This document shows positions 32,275 through 41,835 of a stretch of 64,000 nt of DNA, in pieces. The stretch comes from Bradymonadia bacterium. Lineage in GTDB: Bacteria; Myxococcota_A; Bradymonadia; UBA7976; UBA1532. The translations under genes and the position numbers were made by a program. Every line of letters starts with the position of its first letter. Position 1 is the first letter of the stretch. The notes beneath the pieces were generated by a model that was not told the origin of the DNA, made no database searches, and saw only the letters and a list, made by a program, of their open reading frames with translations. The stretch lies in NCBI GenBank assembly GCA_046290225.1, contig JBKAGE010000035.1:1-64000 (forward strand), in the 5' to 3' direction.

Positions 32275-33084
32275 ATGAACGCTGACACCCGAGAAAAATC
32301 GACAGAGGCGGGTCGCTACAACCCGGGCCTCTTCGAAAATGCCCGCTGGGACGACGCGCCCTCAAAGTGGGAGCTCAAGCGTTTCGAACACACCCTGGCC
32401 CTGATCCCCGAAGAGACCCACACGGTGCTCGACGTGGGCTGCGGTGGCGGCAACCTGACACATCGCATCGCCGAGCGCGGGCATCAGGTGATGGGCACCG
32501 ACTACGCCTTCGAGGGTCTGGCCCGGCTGAGGGTGCCCGGAGTGCGGGCCTCCGCAGATGCGCTGCCGTTCCCAGATGACGCCTTCGACGTGGTGGTCTG
32601 CTCCGAAGTGATCGAGCACCTGCCCTCACCGCTGTTCGAAGATGCCCTGAAGGAGCTCTGGCGCGTGGCCCGCCGCTCGGTGGTGATCACGGTGCCCTAC
32701 CGGGAGACGCTCTCCGACGCCCACACGGCCTGCCCGAACTGCGGCGAGGTGTTCAACGCCCACGGGCACCTGCGCAGCTTCGAGCCTGCGGTGGTGGCCT
32801 CGCTGCTCCCGGGGAACGTGCGCACTTCGGTGCTGGCGAAGCCGCGACGGTATTACGATCCGCGCCTGATGTGGGTGATGCAGAACGTGCTGCACCGCTA
32901 CGGGTACATCGCCTGGGCGGTTTGTCCGTCGTGCGGCAACGACGATTTTTCGACGCTGAAGACAGATCTGGTACGCAAAGGGCTGATGGGCATCAACCAC
33001 GTACTGCACCGCGGAAAGATGGTCACTGGGGGCTGGATCCTCGCCCGCTTCGACAAGCCCGTCAGCGCCCGAGACGACGCTTGA
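32275..33084 (+). CDS. Class I SAM-dependent methyltransferase with two CxxC pairs
   Basis: VLDVGCGGG, LPFPDDAFDVVVCSEVIEHL; CPNCG and CPSCG; real start ATG 32275. Confidence 0.85.
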   Translation: MNADTREKSTEAGRYNPGLFENARWDDAPSKWELKRFEHTLALIPEETHTVLDVGCGGGNLTHRIAERGHQVMGTDYAFEGLARLRVPGVRASADALPFPDDAFDVVVCSEVIEHLPSPLFEDALKELWRVARRSVVITVPYRETLSDAHTACPNCGEVFNAHGHLRSFEPAVVASLLPGNVRTSVLAKPRRYYDPRLMWVMQNVLHRYGYIAWAVCPSCGNDDFSTLKTDLVRKGLMGINHVLHRGKMVTGGWILARFDKPVSARDDA

Positions 33085-34531
33085 CGATCCCCACGAGCTG
33101 GCCCACCGATACGCGCCCCGTGACCTGATAAGCAACGAGCAACACCAGCCCGAACACGCCACCGGCGATCGACAGCCGCCAGAAGTCCCCCAGCTCGGAC
33201 CAGAATCCCAACTGAGACAGCCCCCAGCTCGGTGCCAGCGCCAGGGCCGCCAGTAACACCGTGAAGCCCACGTCGCCCCAGGCCACCACCTTCGCCGTCG
33301 GCGTCTCCATCAGACCGCCGATCACCCAGATGAAGCCGCCGATGATCAGATAGGTGCTGATCACCGTGGCCCAGGCCGCCCCCACCGGGCCCAGCCAGTG
33401 CACCAGCACCACTGACAAGAGCGCGTTCATCCCCAACAGGATCGCCGTGAGCACCGTGATCGTGCGGGTGCGCCCCGCCGCCATCAGCACTGCCCCGTAC
33501 ACCGCGGCGCGGCCTGGGAGCAGCAGCGCATACACACGGAACGGCTCCGCGCTGCCCTCGTAGGCGCTCGAGAACAGCACCCGCATGATCTCCGGGGCCA
33601 TGAGCAGCACGAAGACCATCGTCGGGGCCAGGATCAACATCGACTTGCCCATGGCCCGCTGCCAGAGCGCCACGATCTCCCCCCGCTGGCCGTCGCGATA
33701 CATCCGGGCCATGTCCGGCAGCAGGATCGCAGTGATGCTGCCGGTGATGGCCCCGATGAGGGGCAGCTCCATGGCCCCGTTGGCGTAGATCGCGTAGGCC
33801 TCCGTGCTCGCCGAGGACGACACGATGATCTGATCGAGCTTGCGGGACAGCATGCCGATCATGCTCGCCAGGCCCAGCGGCACCGCGTAACGCAGATGAT
33901 CGAGGCCGTTCGACAACGCAAAGGTGCTCTGCGTGCCCGCCGTCGATCGCCACATCAGCCAGAGGCCTGGGCCTGCGGTGAGGGCAGCCCCCACCACCAG
34001 CGCCGTAATCACCGCCACCGGGGTGGCCCAGATCACGCCTGCGGCGATGACCAGACCCAGAGAGACCACCTGGGAGATCACCGGGAACAGCGCCGACCAC
34101 TGCACCTGATCTCGGGCGATGAGGCAGGCCTGCAGCGCCGAGATCGGGAACATGAACAGCCCGTACGGGATCAAAATCAGCAACGTCAGCGACAGGATGG
34201 GCGTGTCGAAGGCCCAGGCGAGCAGATGATTGCCCCCAAGGGCGATGAGCACGGCGAAGAGGGCGCCGCCTAGGGTGAGGGTGAGCAGATGCTCCGTGAG
34301 CACCCCTCGGGCACGCTCCGGCTCTCGGGGCATGAAGTAGAGCAGGGCCTTGGGCAGGCCGAGCATCAGCAGCGGCGCCACCGTCTCGTACACGAGGCGC
34401 GTCTGTCTCCAGACGCCATAGTCTTCCTGGACGAGCACGCGGGAGAGCACGGCCCCCCCGGCGAGGCCCGCGAGGGCTGCCATGGTGCGGCCGATGGCGA
34501 GGGTGGCGGCTTTGAGGGCCCGTGAGGCCAC
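33062..34531 (-). CDS. Wzx/MOP-family oligosaccharide flippase
   Basis: Many TM helices; LSRVL..DYG, LGLPKALLYF, YAVPLG, KLDQIIV, GPVGAAWAT. Confidence 0.85.
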   Translation of the reverse strand: MASRALKAATLAIGRTMAALAGLAGGAVLSRVLVQEDYGVWRQTRLVYETVAPLLMLGLPKALLYFMPREPERARGVLTEHLLTLTLGGALFAVLIALGGNHLLAWAFDTPILSLTLLILIPYGLFMFPISALQACLIARDQVQWSALFPVISQVVSLGLVIAAGVIWATPVAVITALVVGAALTAGPGLWLMWRSTAGTQSTFALSNGLDHLRYAVPLGLASMIGMLSRKLDQIIVSSSASTEAYAIYANGAMELPLIGAITGSITAILLPDMARMYRDGQRGEIVALWQRAMGKSMLILAPTMVFVLLMAPEIMRVLFSSAYEGSAEPFRVYALLLPGRAAVYGAVLMAAGRTRTITVLTAILLGMNALLSVVLVHWLGPVGAAWATVISTYLIIGGFIWVIGGLMETPTAKVVAWGDVGFTVLLAALALAPSWGLSQLGFWSELGDFWRLSIAGGVFGLVLLVAYQVTGRVSVGQLVGIVKRRLGR

Positions 34532-34537
34532 GGCGAT

Positions 34538-35776
34538 CTACCAGCGCCAGGCGGCGCCGATCTCCAGAAGAAATCGGGTCGAAGTCACGGCGTCAGCCTC
34601 CAGATTGGTGTCCACGCCTTCCAGCTCTCCCGTGAGACCCGTGTCGTGGTGCAGCAATCCCAACAACGCGGTGATCTCGAAGGTGCTGCGACGCGCTCGG
34701 CGCAACTTGAAGGGCCAGGTGCCGCCGACGCCTGCGCCCCAGTGCCAGCCCCAGCCCGAGAGAGACGCGTCCCGCTCGCCGCCACCAGGGCGGGGCACCG
34801 CGAGCTCACCCGAAAGATGGCTGGGGCCCAACCATGTGGTGCCGTAGAGGCGTATCTTGCCCACAGGCAGCACATAGCGCGCCTCGGCGCCGAGATCGAA
34901 CAGCCGGGCCTGACCCGTGTCGCTCACGTCGCTCCGGGTCAAGACGTCGTCGTCGAGCTCGACCGCCGTCCAGCGCAGCCGGCCACCGACCCAGAGATCG
35001 GGCAACGCCTCGTAGAGCATTGCGCCGGTGAAGCCAAAGCCGATGCCCAGACCAGGATCTCCAGAGTCCACGGGAGAGCCTGCTCTGAGGTTGTCGGTCT
35101 CGAAGGTGCCGCCAAAGGTGAAGCTCACGGCGCCTTCGACCTGCAAATGATTCTTGAGCAAGGACCGTCGACGGACTGGCTTGATGAAGGGCTCGGGTTT
35201 GCCTTTCTTCGGGTCCGCCTTTGCCTGAGGTGTCTGGGCTTCTGTTTTTTGGGGCTCAGGCTTTTGAGCACCAGCTTTTTGAGGCCCTGATGCCTGACTC
35301 GCGGGGTTTTTCTCCAACTCAGCGATGCGGGCCTTCACCTCGGCCTCGTCCTCGGCCCCCTGATGACGGGCGAGATAGGCGTGGTAGTGCAGCACCGCCT
35401 TGTCTTTGTCGCCCGACAGCTCCACCGCCCGGGCCAAGTTGAAGAGCAGGTTCGGCGCCGGATCGAAGTTGTAGGCCCGCTGAAATCGATCCGCGGCCTC
35501 GGCGTACTCCCCCGTCTGGAACAGGGTGATGCCCTCTTCGTAATACCGCGACGCCGCCTGCTTCGGATCAGACGTCGCCCCGTCAGCAGGCTGAGCCTTC
35601 TCACCTGTAGGGGGCGGCATGCGCTGGGCATAAATTTCGGGGCTCACCGAGAGCCCGATGACCAGAGCCACAGCCCGGGCCCACGTCGACGACCGCCTCA
35701 CGTGCCTGTGGCCGGGCGGTTGCTCAAATGAAGAACTTTCTTGTGCGACGAAGCCCATGTGCCGTTTCTCGTTCAT
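34538..35776 (-). CDS. TPR plus outer-membrane beta-barrel protein
   Basis: TPR EGITLFQTGEYAEAADRFQRAY..LLFNLARA; beta-strand C-terminal half ending AAWRW; start uncertain. Confidence 0.75.
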   Translation of the reverse strand: MNEKRHMGFVAQESSSFEQPPGHRHVRRSSTWARAVALVIGLSVSPEIYAQRMPPPTGEKAQPADGATSDPKQAASRYYEEGITLFQTGEYAEAADRFQRAYNFDPAPNLLFNLARAVELSGDKDKAVLHYHAYLARHQGAEDEAEVKARIAELEKNPASQASGPQKAGAQKPEPQKTEAQTPQAKADPKKGKPEPFIKPVRRRSLLKNHLQVEGAVSFTFGGTFETDNLRAGSPVDSGDPGLGIGFGFTGAMLYEALPDLWVGGRLRWTAVELDDDVLTRSDVSDTGQARLFDLGAEARYVLPVGKIRLYGTTWLGPSHLSGELAVPRPGGGERDASLSGWGWHWGAGVGGTWPFKLRRARRSTFEITALLGLLHHDTGLTGELEGVDTNLEADAVTSTRFLLEIGAAWRW

Positions 35777-36015
35777 GAGTGCATTGGGCGCTCATCAAAG
35801 GTGGCCCATCAGGGCAACCTGCTTCAGAGGCCTCGCCCTCGAAAGCATGTTGTCCATTTTGAAACCGTGGGCCGTCGTCGGACGTATCGAAGAATAGAGA
35901 CCCCCGATCGTGTTGTCGGGGAAGCACCTTGGAAGTCGCGTTGTCGATGACGAGGTGTTCTCAGTAGACTCGATCGCGATCGGCCGCTCATCGCAGAGGA
36001 TGAGGTCGATCATCA

Positions 36016-39000
36016 TGCAGCGCAAGTTTCCAGCACCCTCGACATCGCCTCAACTCGGGGGCACCGAGGGGTCTGGAGACACCGGTACCTGGAAGAGCCA
36101 GATGTCCAAATCTGCCGCCGCCCTCATCGCCCTGGTCTCTGCTTTCTACCTGAGCATCTCCGCCCACTATGGAGATCAGGGTTGGCAGGTACAGCTCGCA
36201 CCTCACGCCGCGCACGCCGCTGGCGGAGAAGCGGACGAGCAATATGATCTCACGCGACTCGACGTGCTCAACCGGGCGGTGATCCGCATCAAGGAGAACT
36301 ACGTCGACCCCGAGCGCATCGACGAGCGCAAGATGATCGGCGCCGCCATGCAGGCGATCCAGCGCGACGTGGCGGAGCTGCTCGTCGACGTCGAAAAGGA
36401 CGATGACGGTGCCCCGGTGAAGATCACCGTGCGCATCGCCGAGGCCAGCGAGAGCTTCGAGGTGGACGACGTCGACAACCTCTGGAAGCTGTCTTTCAAG
36501 TTCAAGGACATCTTCAAGTTCATCCAGGCCAACCTGAAACATCACAAGAAGCTGCGCGATGTCGAATATGCCGCCATCGACGGCATGCTCAGCACCCTCG
36601 ACCCCCACAGCGTGCTGCTGCGCCCGGAAGATCACCAGGAGATGAAGCTCTCTACCCGGGGCAAGTTCGGCGGACTCGGCATCGTGATCAGCGTGCGCGA
36701 GGGCCAGCTGGTGGTGGTGAACCCCATCGAAGACACCCCGGCGAGCCGCGCTGGGGTCAAGGCCGGTGACAAGCTGGTGCAGATCGGCCTCGACAGCACG
36801 GTGAACATGGCCTTGAGCGAGGCCGTGGACATGCTCCGGGGGCCGCCGAACACCAAGGCCGACATCTGGTTGATGCGGGAGGGCTGGAAGAAGCCCCGCA
36901 AGTTCACCCTCACCCGGGCGAACATCAAGGTGAAGAGCGTCACCTACAAGCCCCTCAAGAAGAAGATCGGCCTCGTACGCTTGCGCAGCTTCCAGGGCAC
37001 CACCGCTCAGGAGCTCAAGGTGGCCATCAAGAAGCTCAGCCGCGAGATGAAGGGCCTCGAGGGCCTGATCATCGATCTGCGGGGCAACCCCGGCGGGCTG
37101 CTCGACCAGGCCATCAAGGTCTCCGACATGTTCATCAAGAGCGGTACTTTGGTGACCACCGTGGGCGTCGGCGACAAGCTGCGCGAGCAGAAGGTGGCCA
37201 CCAAGGCCGAGACCCGGGCCGACCTGCCTCTGGCGGTGCTCATCAACGACGGCAGCGCCAGCGCCAGCGAGATCGTCGCCGGGGCGCTGAAGAACCACAA
37301 CCGGGCGGTGCTCGTTGGTCAGCGCAGCTTCGGCAAGGGCTCGGTGCAGGTCATCTACGACAACAAAGACGACAGCGCCATCAAGCTCACCATCGCCCAG
37401 TACCTCACCCCTGGTGACATCAGCATCCAGTCCGTGGGCGTGGCGCCGGACATTCAGGTGAAGCCCATCACGCTCACCGAGAACGACACCGACTTCTTCC
37501 GGAGCGAGGCCTTCAAGCGGGGCGAGGACGAGCTCGACATGCACCTCGAGCACAAGAGCAGCGAGATCTCGAAGGCCCAGCGGCCCACCCACCGCGTGCG
37601 CTACCTGCAAGACCCCGAGAAGGCCAAGGAGATCGCCGAGAGCCCCAACAAGATCATCGAAGACTTCGAGATCGAGATCGCCACGGCGCTGCTCTCGCAG
37701 ATCAAAGAGAGCCACCGGCCCACCTTCCTCGAGAAGGCTGGCGGGGTGGTGCAGCAGTTCGCCGATCGGGAGCAGGGCAAGATCGCTGATAACCTCGAAG
37801 CCCGCGGCGTGCAGTGGGCAGCGAAGCCCAAGGACTCTGGCAAGAACAAGGCCCAGGGCAGCGTGGCCCTCGAGCTGTCGACCCAGGAGCCCATCGGCGC
37901 CGGCGACGAGTTCACCTTCACCGCCACCATCACCAACACCGGCAAGACCCCCTTCCACCAGCTGCGGGCCTTCTCCCGTAGTCGGAACAGCTTCTTCGAC
38001 GGCCGCGAGTTCCTCTTCGGCACCGTGCCCCCTGGGGCCTCCCGCAGCTGGTCCCTCAAGCTGAAGATGCCCAAGAGCATCCTCACCCGCCGCGACGAGG
38101 TCTGGCTCGAGTTCCGAGACGCCTTCACCGGCGAGGTGGCCGTCAGCCGCACCCTCAAGAAGCCTGGCAAGGCCGTCGTCAAGGGCCTGCCCACGGCGCC
38201 GAGCATCAAGATCAGCACCGCGCAGCTGCCCCGGCCGCGCTTCGCCCTCACATGGCGGGTGGACGACTCCAAGCTGGGGAACAACGACGGCCTGCTGCAG
38301 CGTGGCGAGGAGGCCGAGCTGGTGGTCGGCATCACCAACGTCGGCGAGGGCCGCAGCTTCACCACCCTCGCCACCCTGCGCAACGACAAGGATCAGCCCG
38401 GTGGCCGCGCCGTCTTCATCAAACGCGGCCGGGTGAACCGCGACGACATGAAGCCCGGAGACGAAGGCACCGCCCGCTTCAGCTTCAAGGTCAAAGAAGG
38501 CCTCGATCAGCCCGAGGCGAAGATCGAGGTGAGCGTGATCGACGTCGACATCCGAGTCATCACCTCGGAAGAGGTCACGCTGCCGGTGTACCCCCAGGAG
38601 AAATCTCTCGACGCGTACACCGCTCACCTCGCCCCCCGACGCGGCGGTGAGATCACTCTGCGAGGTGTGGCCCTCGACGCCGCCCCTGCGGTGAAGGTGG
38701 CCCAGGGCCACGTGAAGGCCGACGCCCGCCTCGATGACTGGTACCGCGTGCCCCTCGAGGGTGGCGGCCACGGCTGGGTCTACTCCAAAGAGGTGGTGGA
38801 GGCCACCGCCCCGTCGAGCCCCGCAGCGGTGCGGGCGGCGACCCCCGCGGGCCCGCCGGTGATCAACCTCACAGACCGCTCTGCAGAGGTGGAGACCCAG
38901 GACGACGTGCTGGTGCTCAGCGGTGAAGCCCTGGGCCGCCGCCTCATCAAGGACATGCTCATCTTCGTGAACAACAAGAAGGTGTTCTTCAAGTCGAACC

Positions 39001-39149
39001 AGGGCCTCGGCGGCGACGAGCCCGGGCGCCTGCAGTTCAGCGCTCGGGTGCCCCTAGACAAGGGTGTGAACCGCATCACCCTCATCGCCCGTGAGGACGA
39101 GGAGCGAGCGAGCCAACGTACGGTCATCGTGAACCGCGCCGCCCCCTGA
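36016..39149 (+). CDS. S41 carboxy-terminal protease with PDZ and long C-terminal extension (MXAN_5808-like)
   Basis: LDPHS, GKFGGLGI, IIDLRGNPGGLL, SASASEIVAGAL, SFGKGSVQ, KLTIAQY; start uncertain (35910-36102). Confidence 0.9.
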
Positions 39150-39190
39150 TCGCTCCCTGGTCGACGACGTGCTTACGCCCGAGCGGTCAC

Positions 39191-39964
39191 CTACTCGGGC
39201 GTTTCTGTATGTGCGGCGCCATGCAAGCGCTCGATGAAACGCTCAGCGAGCAGATAGGCGTCACCGGGCCACCGCCCCGAGACATAACGGCCGTCTTCCA
39301 CCACGAAGGCGGCGCGATGATCTGTGCGTGAGCCTCGAGCCATCAGGTGTATCGGTCCGCGCACAAATTGCGCCTTGGCATCTTCGAGGGCCTCTTTCAC
39401 CTCATCTTGCACATACGCCGGGTACGTTCGGTAATAGCGGCCCAGCTTCCAGGCGGTGAGCCAGTACGCGCTGCGCTCCATGTACTTTGGCAGGCAGGTG
39501 GTGCGCGCGCCGTGCAAGATCGATCGCCCACTCTCGGGATCGACGCTGCGGGCGAGGACCAGCACCCCATGGCAGATCGCTGCCACGGGCTTCTCGGTGC
39601 GCCAGAAGCTGGCCACGTGGCGCTGCAACTGCTCGCTGGCCAGATATTGCCGCATGCCCTGGGCGTGACCTCCAGGCAGCAAGAGGCCGTCGAAGTCGTC
39701 GAAGCTGCTCAGCGTCGACCACGCCAGAGGTGACGTGAAGCGCTCGTCGGTGCTCATCTGCTCATAGAACTGCTTGGGCTCGGGATCCGCGCCGAGTTGT
39801 CCGAAGATCACCCCTGACAGCAACAGCGGATCTGCAGCTGGGGTCTCTCCAGACTCTGTGGCGAAGACCACCTCGATGCCCGCGTCGGTGAGCAATCGCC
39901 ACGGCACGGAGACCTCAGTGACGTCGAAATCGCGATCCGGCAAGGGGCAAATCACGCGGCGCAT
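39191..39964 (-). CDS. DJ-1/PfpI family protein
   Basis: DFDVTEVSVPW, LLLPGGH, AAICHG, DGRYVSGRWPGD. Confidence 0.9.
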   Translation of the reverse strand: MRRVICPLPDRDFDVTEVSVPWRLLTDAGIEVVFATESGETPAADPLLLSGVIFGQLGADPEPKQFYEQMSTDERFTSPLAWSTLSSFDDFDGLLLPGGHAQGMRQYLASEQLQRHVASFWRTEKPVAAICHGVLVLARSVDPESGRSILHGARTTCLPKYMERSAYWLTAWKLGRYYRTYPAYVQDEVKEALEDAKAQFVRGPIHLMARGSRTDHRAAFVVEDGRYVSGRWPGDAYLLAERFIERLHGAAHTETPE

Positions 39965-39981
39965 CGTCGTATCCTGTTCAT

Positions 39982-41313
39982 CAATGGCGCGGGAGACCCC
40001 TTCCTTTAGGGAGAGGATGGATAGCGCCGCTCCAAGTTGGTGAGTGGTGCAAGCCCTCTATACAGAGAACGAATGAGCAGGTAAATTAGGCAGGTGGACA
40101 TCAAGCGCGCATACCGATTCAGGTTCTACCCTGGCGACGAGCAGGCGAAGCAGCTTGCCCAGACGTTTGGGTGTGTGCGTTTCGTCTATAACTGGGCACT
40201 CAGGCTACGCAGTGACGCCTGGAAGCATCACCAAGAGAGCATCAGCTACGGCCAGTCCTCCGCAGCCCTCACGGCCCTCAAGAAGATCCCAGAGTATGCG
40301 TGGCTCAAAGACGTGAGCAGCGTGCCCTTGCAGCAGACGCTGCGCCATCTCAACACAGCCTTTGGCAACTTCTTCTCCAAGCGGGGGCGTTATCCGAGCT
40401 TCAAGCGCAAGCACGGGCCTCAACCAGCAGAGTACACCCCCAGCGCCTTCAAGTGGGATGGTCAAACCCTCAAGCTCGCCAAGATGAAGCATCCCCTCGA
40501 TGTTCGGTGGTCGCGTCAAGTGCCCAAGGGCGCTCGGGTAACCACGGTGACCGTCTCCAGAGACGCCGCGGGGCGCTATTTCGTGTCCATGCTCGTCGAC
40601 GACGCCGTAGCACCCTTGCCCAAAGTGAAGGGCCAAGTAGGCATCGACCTGGGGCTGACACACTTCGCCACGCTGTCTACTGGCGAGAAGGTGGACCCCG
40701 CCAACGTATTGAGAAAGCACGAGAAGAAGCTGGCTCGCCTACAGCGACTGTTGGCCAGGAAAAAGAAGGGCTCGAGCAACCGAGCGAAAGCCCGCACCAA
40801 GGTTGCCCGCTTACATGCCCGCATCGCAGACATACGCAGGGACTTCCTGCATCAACTCTCTACTCGGCTCGTGCGCGAGAACCAAGTGATTGCCGTGGAG
40901 AGCTTGTCTGTGAGCAACATGTTGCGCAACCACAGGCTCGCCAAATCAATCGCCGACGCCAGCTGGTCGGAATTCTTGAGACAGCTTCAATACAAATGCC
41001 TGTGGTACGGGCGCACCCTCGTTGCCATCGACCGCTGGTTGCCCTCCAGCAAGCGATGCTCAGAGTGTGGTTATACCCACAAGAAGATGCCGCTCCATGT
41101 CCGGTCTTGGCAGTGCTCCGAATGCGGCGCCGCCCACGACCGCGACATAAACGCAGCACGCAACGTTTTGGCCGCCGGGCTGGCGGTTTCTGCCTGTGGA
41201 GAGTCTGTAAGACCCATCTGCGCTTCCGCGTAGGGAGGCACGGCTTGTTGAAGCAGGAAGCTCCCCGAAGTGACTCGGGGAATCCCCGTCCTTTAGGGCG
41301 GGGAGGATGTCAA
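39982..41313 (+). mobile_element. IS200/IS605-family element, TnpB only (IS1341-like, non-autonomous)
   Basis: Left end: TCAT|CAATGGCGCGG-GAGA-CCCCTTCCTTTAGGGAGAGG; right end: GAAT-CCCCGTCCTTTAGGGCGGGG-AGGATG-TCAA; no tnpA between the ends. Confidence 0.9.
40094..41233 (+). CDS. tnpB: RNA-guided endonuclease TnpB
   Basis: RAYRFRFYP..TFGCVRFVYN; RuvC GIDLG / IAVESL / DRDINAA all present; Zn finger CSEC..CSEC. Confidence 0.97.
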   Translation: MDIKRAYRFRFYPGDEQAKQLAQTFGCVRFVYNWALRLRSDAWKHHQESISYGQSSAALTALKKIPEYAWLKDVSSVPLQQTLRHLNTAFGNFFSKRGRYPSFKRKHGPQPAEYTPSAFKWDGQTLKLAKMKHPLDVRWSRQVPKGARVTTVTVSRDAAGRYFVSMLVDDAVAPLPKVKGQVGIDLGLTHFATLSTGEKVDPANVLRKHEKKLARLQRLLARKKKGSSNRAKARTKVARLHARIADIRRDFLHQLSTRLVRENQVIAVESLSVSNMLRNHRLAKSIADASWSEFLRQLQYKCLWYGRTLVAIDRWLPSSKRCSECGYTHKKMPLHVRSWQCSECGAAHDRDINAARNVLAAGLAVSACGESVRPICASA

Positions 41314-41330
41314 TTGAGATGTTGTGACTC
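41130..41330 (+). ncRNA. TnpB omegaRNA (reRNA) scaffold with guide starting at 41314; 5' boundary approximate
   Basis: Right-end motif GAAGCAGGAA..GGAATCCCCGTCCTTTAGGGCGGGGAGGATGTCAA; by the established TnpB mechanism the guide is the flank ttgagatgttgtgactc. Confidence 0.65.
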
Positions 41331-41394
41331 TGGCCAGTGGAGCCGACGAGAGCAAGGCCTGAGGGGCCCGGGCACACCGCCCCATCATCTACGT

Positions 41395-41435
41395 CAAAAA
41401 AACCCCTTTCACCCTTCGAACAGGCATGCTAGACA
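41395..41435 (+). promoter_or_regulatory. Putative sigma70-type promoter for the msr-msd RNA
   Basis: A-tract 41396-41402, TTCACC 41408-41413, 16-nt spacer, TG-n-TAGACA 41427-41435; predicted +1 near the start of the 5' arm. Confidence 0.4.
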
Positions 41436-41442
41436 CCTGTAC

Positions 41443-41696
41443 AGCTCTTTGAAGGCAGTCCAGGTCTAGCCATCTGGGCGGCGTTGCGCCGTCCTGGAGA
41501 ATGCTTGGTCATGCCACACGAGGAAGGCTATTTCAGAATGTCTCTGATCCCCGTCGCGCACTACTCGTCGGGGCGTCCTGAGGCAACTCCGCCAATCGCT
41601 GTTACGCACCCGACGAGTAGTGCGCGACGGGGGAGAATTCAGTGAGCCTTCCACGTCCCAGGTCTTGAAGTAGCGATTTGCTGCCCTTCGAGAGCT
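41443..41696 (+). ncRNA. Retron msr-msd non-coding RNA, Mx162/Sa163-like, with no adjacent RT
   Basis: Outer arms 41443-41468 / 41671-41696; unpaired G41469 in AGCC; msr hairpin GGGCGGCG-TTG-CGCCGTCC; msd rod 41522-41652 with 24-bp perfect core 41549-41572/41609-41632; motif resemblance to Mx162 is from memory. Confidence 0.75.
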
Positions 41697-41730
41697 TGCC
41701 CAGCGCCGACTCAATCAGCACATGGGCATT

Positions 41731-41777
41731 TACGAAGCCGCTTTAGAGTTCACACTCCGAAGCGGCTTTTGTGTATT
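41731..41777 (+). terminator. Intrinsic terminator downstream of msr-msd
   Basis: Stem AAGCCGCTT / AAGCGGCTT followed by TTGTGTATT. Confidence 0.65.
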
Positions 41778-41835
41778 ACGGCTGCGAACATGCCCACATG
41801 GGCACTCCCAGAACAGCGGCCGGAGATCACCCACC

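Noticed and set aside
35988..38771. Long antisense ORFs (also 11021-13414, 43335-45433, 54744-56417, 57359-58963)
   Set aside because: Opposite well-supported genes, no motifs; expected in high-GC DNA
40300..41469. 389-aa alternative-frame ORF within tnpB as a possible tnpA
   Set aside because: No HUH/Y1 or serine recombinase motifs
41443..41696. 6S RNA, tmRNA, SRP or RNase P as identity of the structured RNA
   Set aside because: Their hallmark motifs or central bubble are not visible; the arm/branch-G/long-rod layout fits msr-msd better
41466..41835. ORF 41466-41714 (-) and the N-terminal extension of ruvX from 41722
   Set aside because: Overlap the structured RNA and terminator, no protein features, no RT remnant
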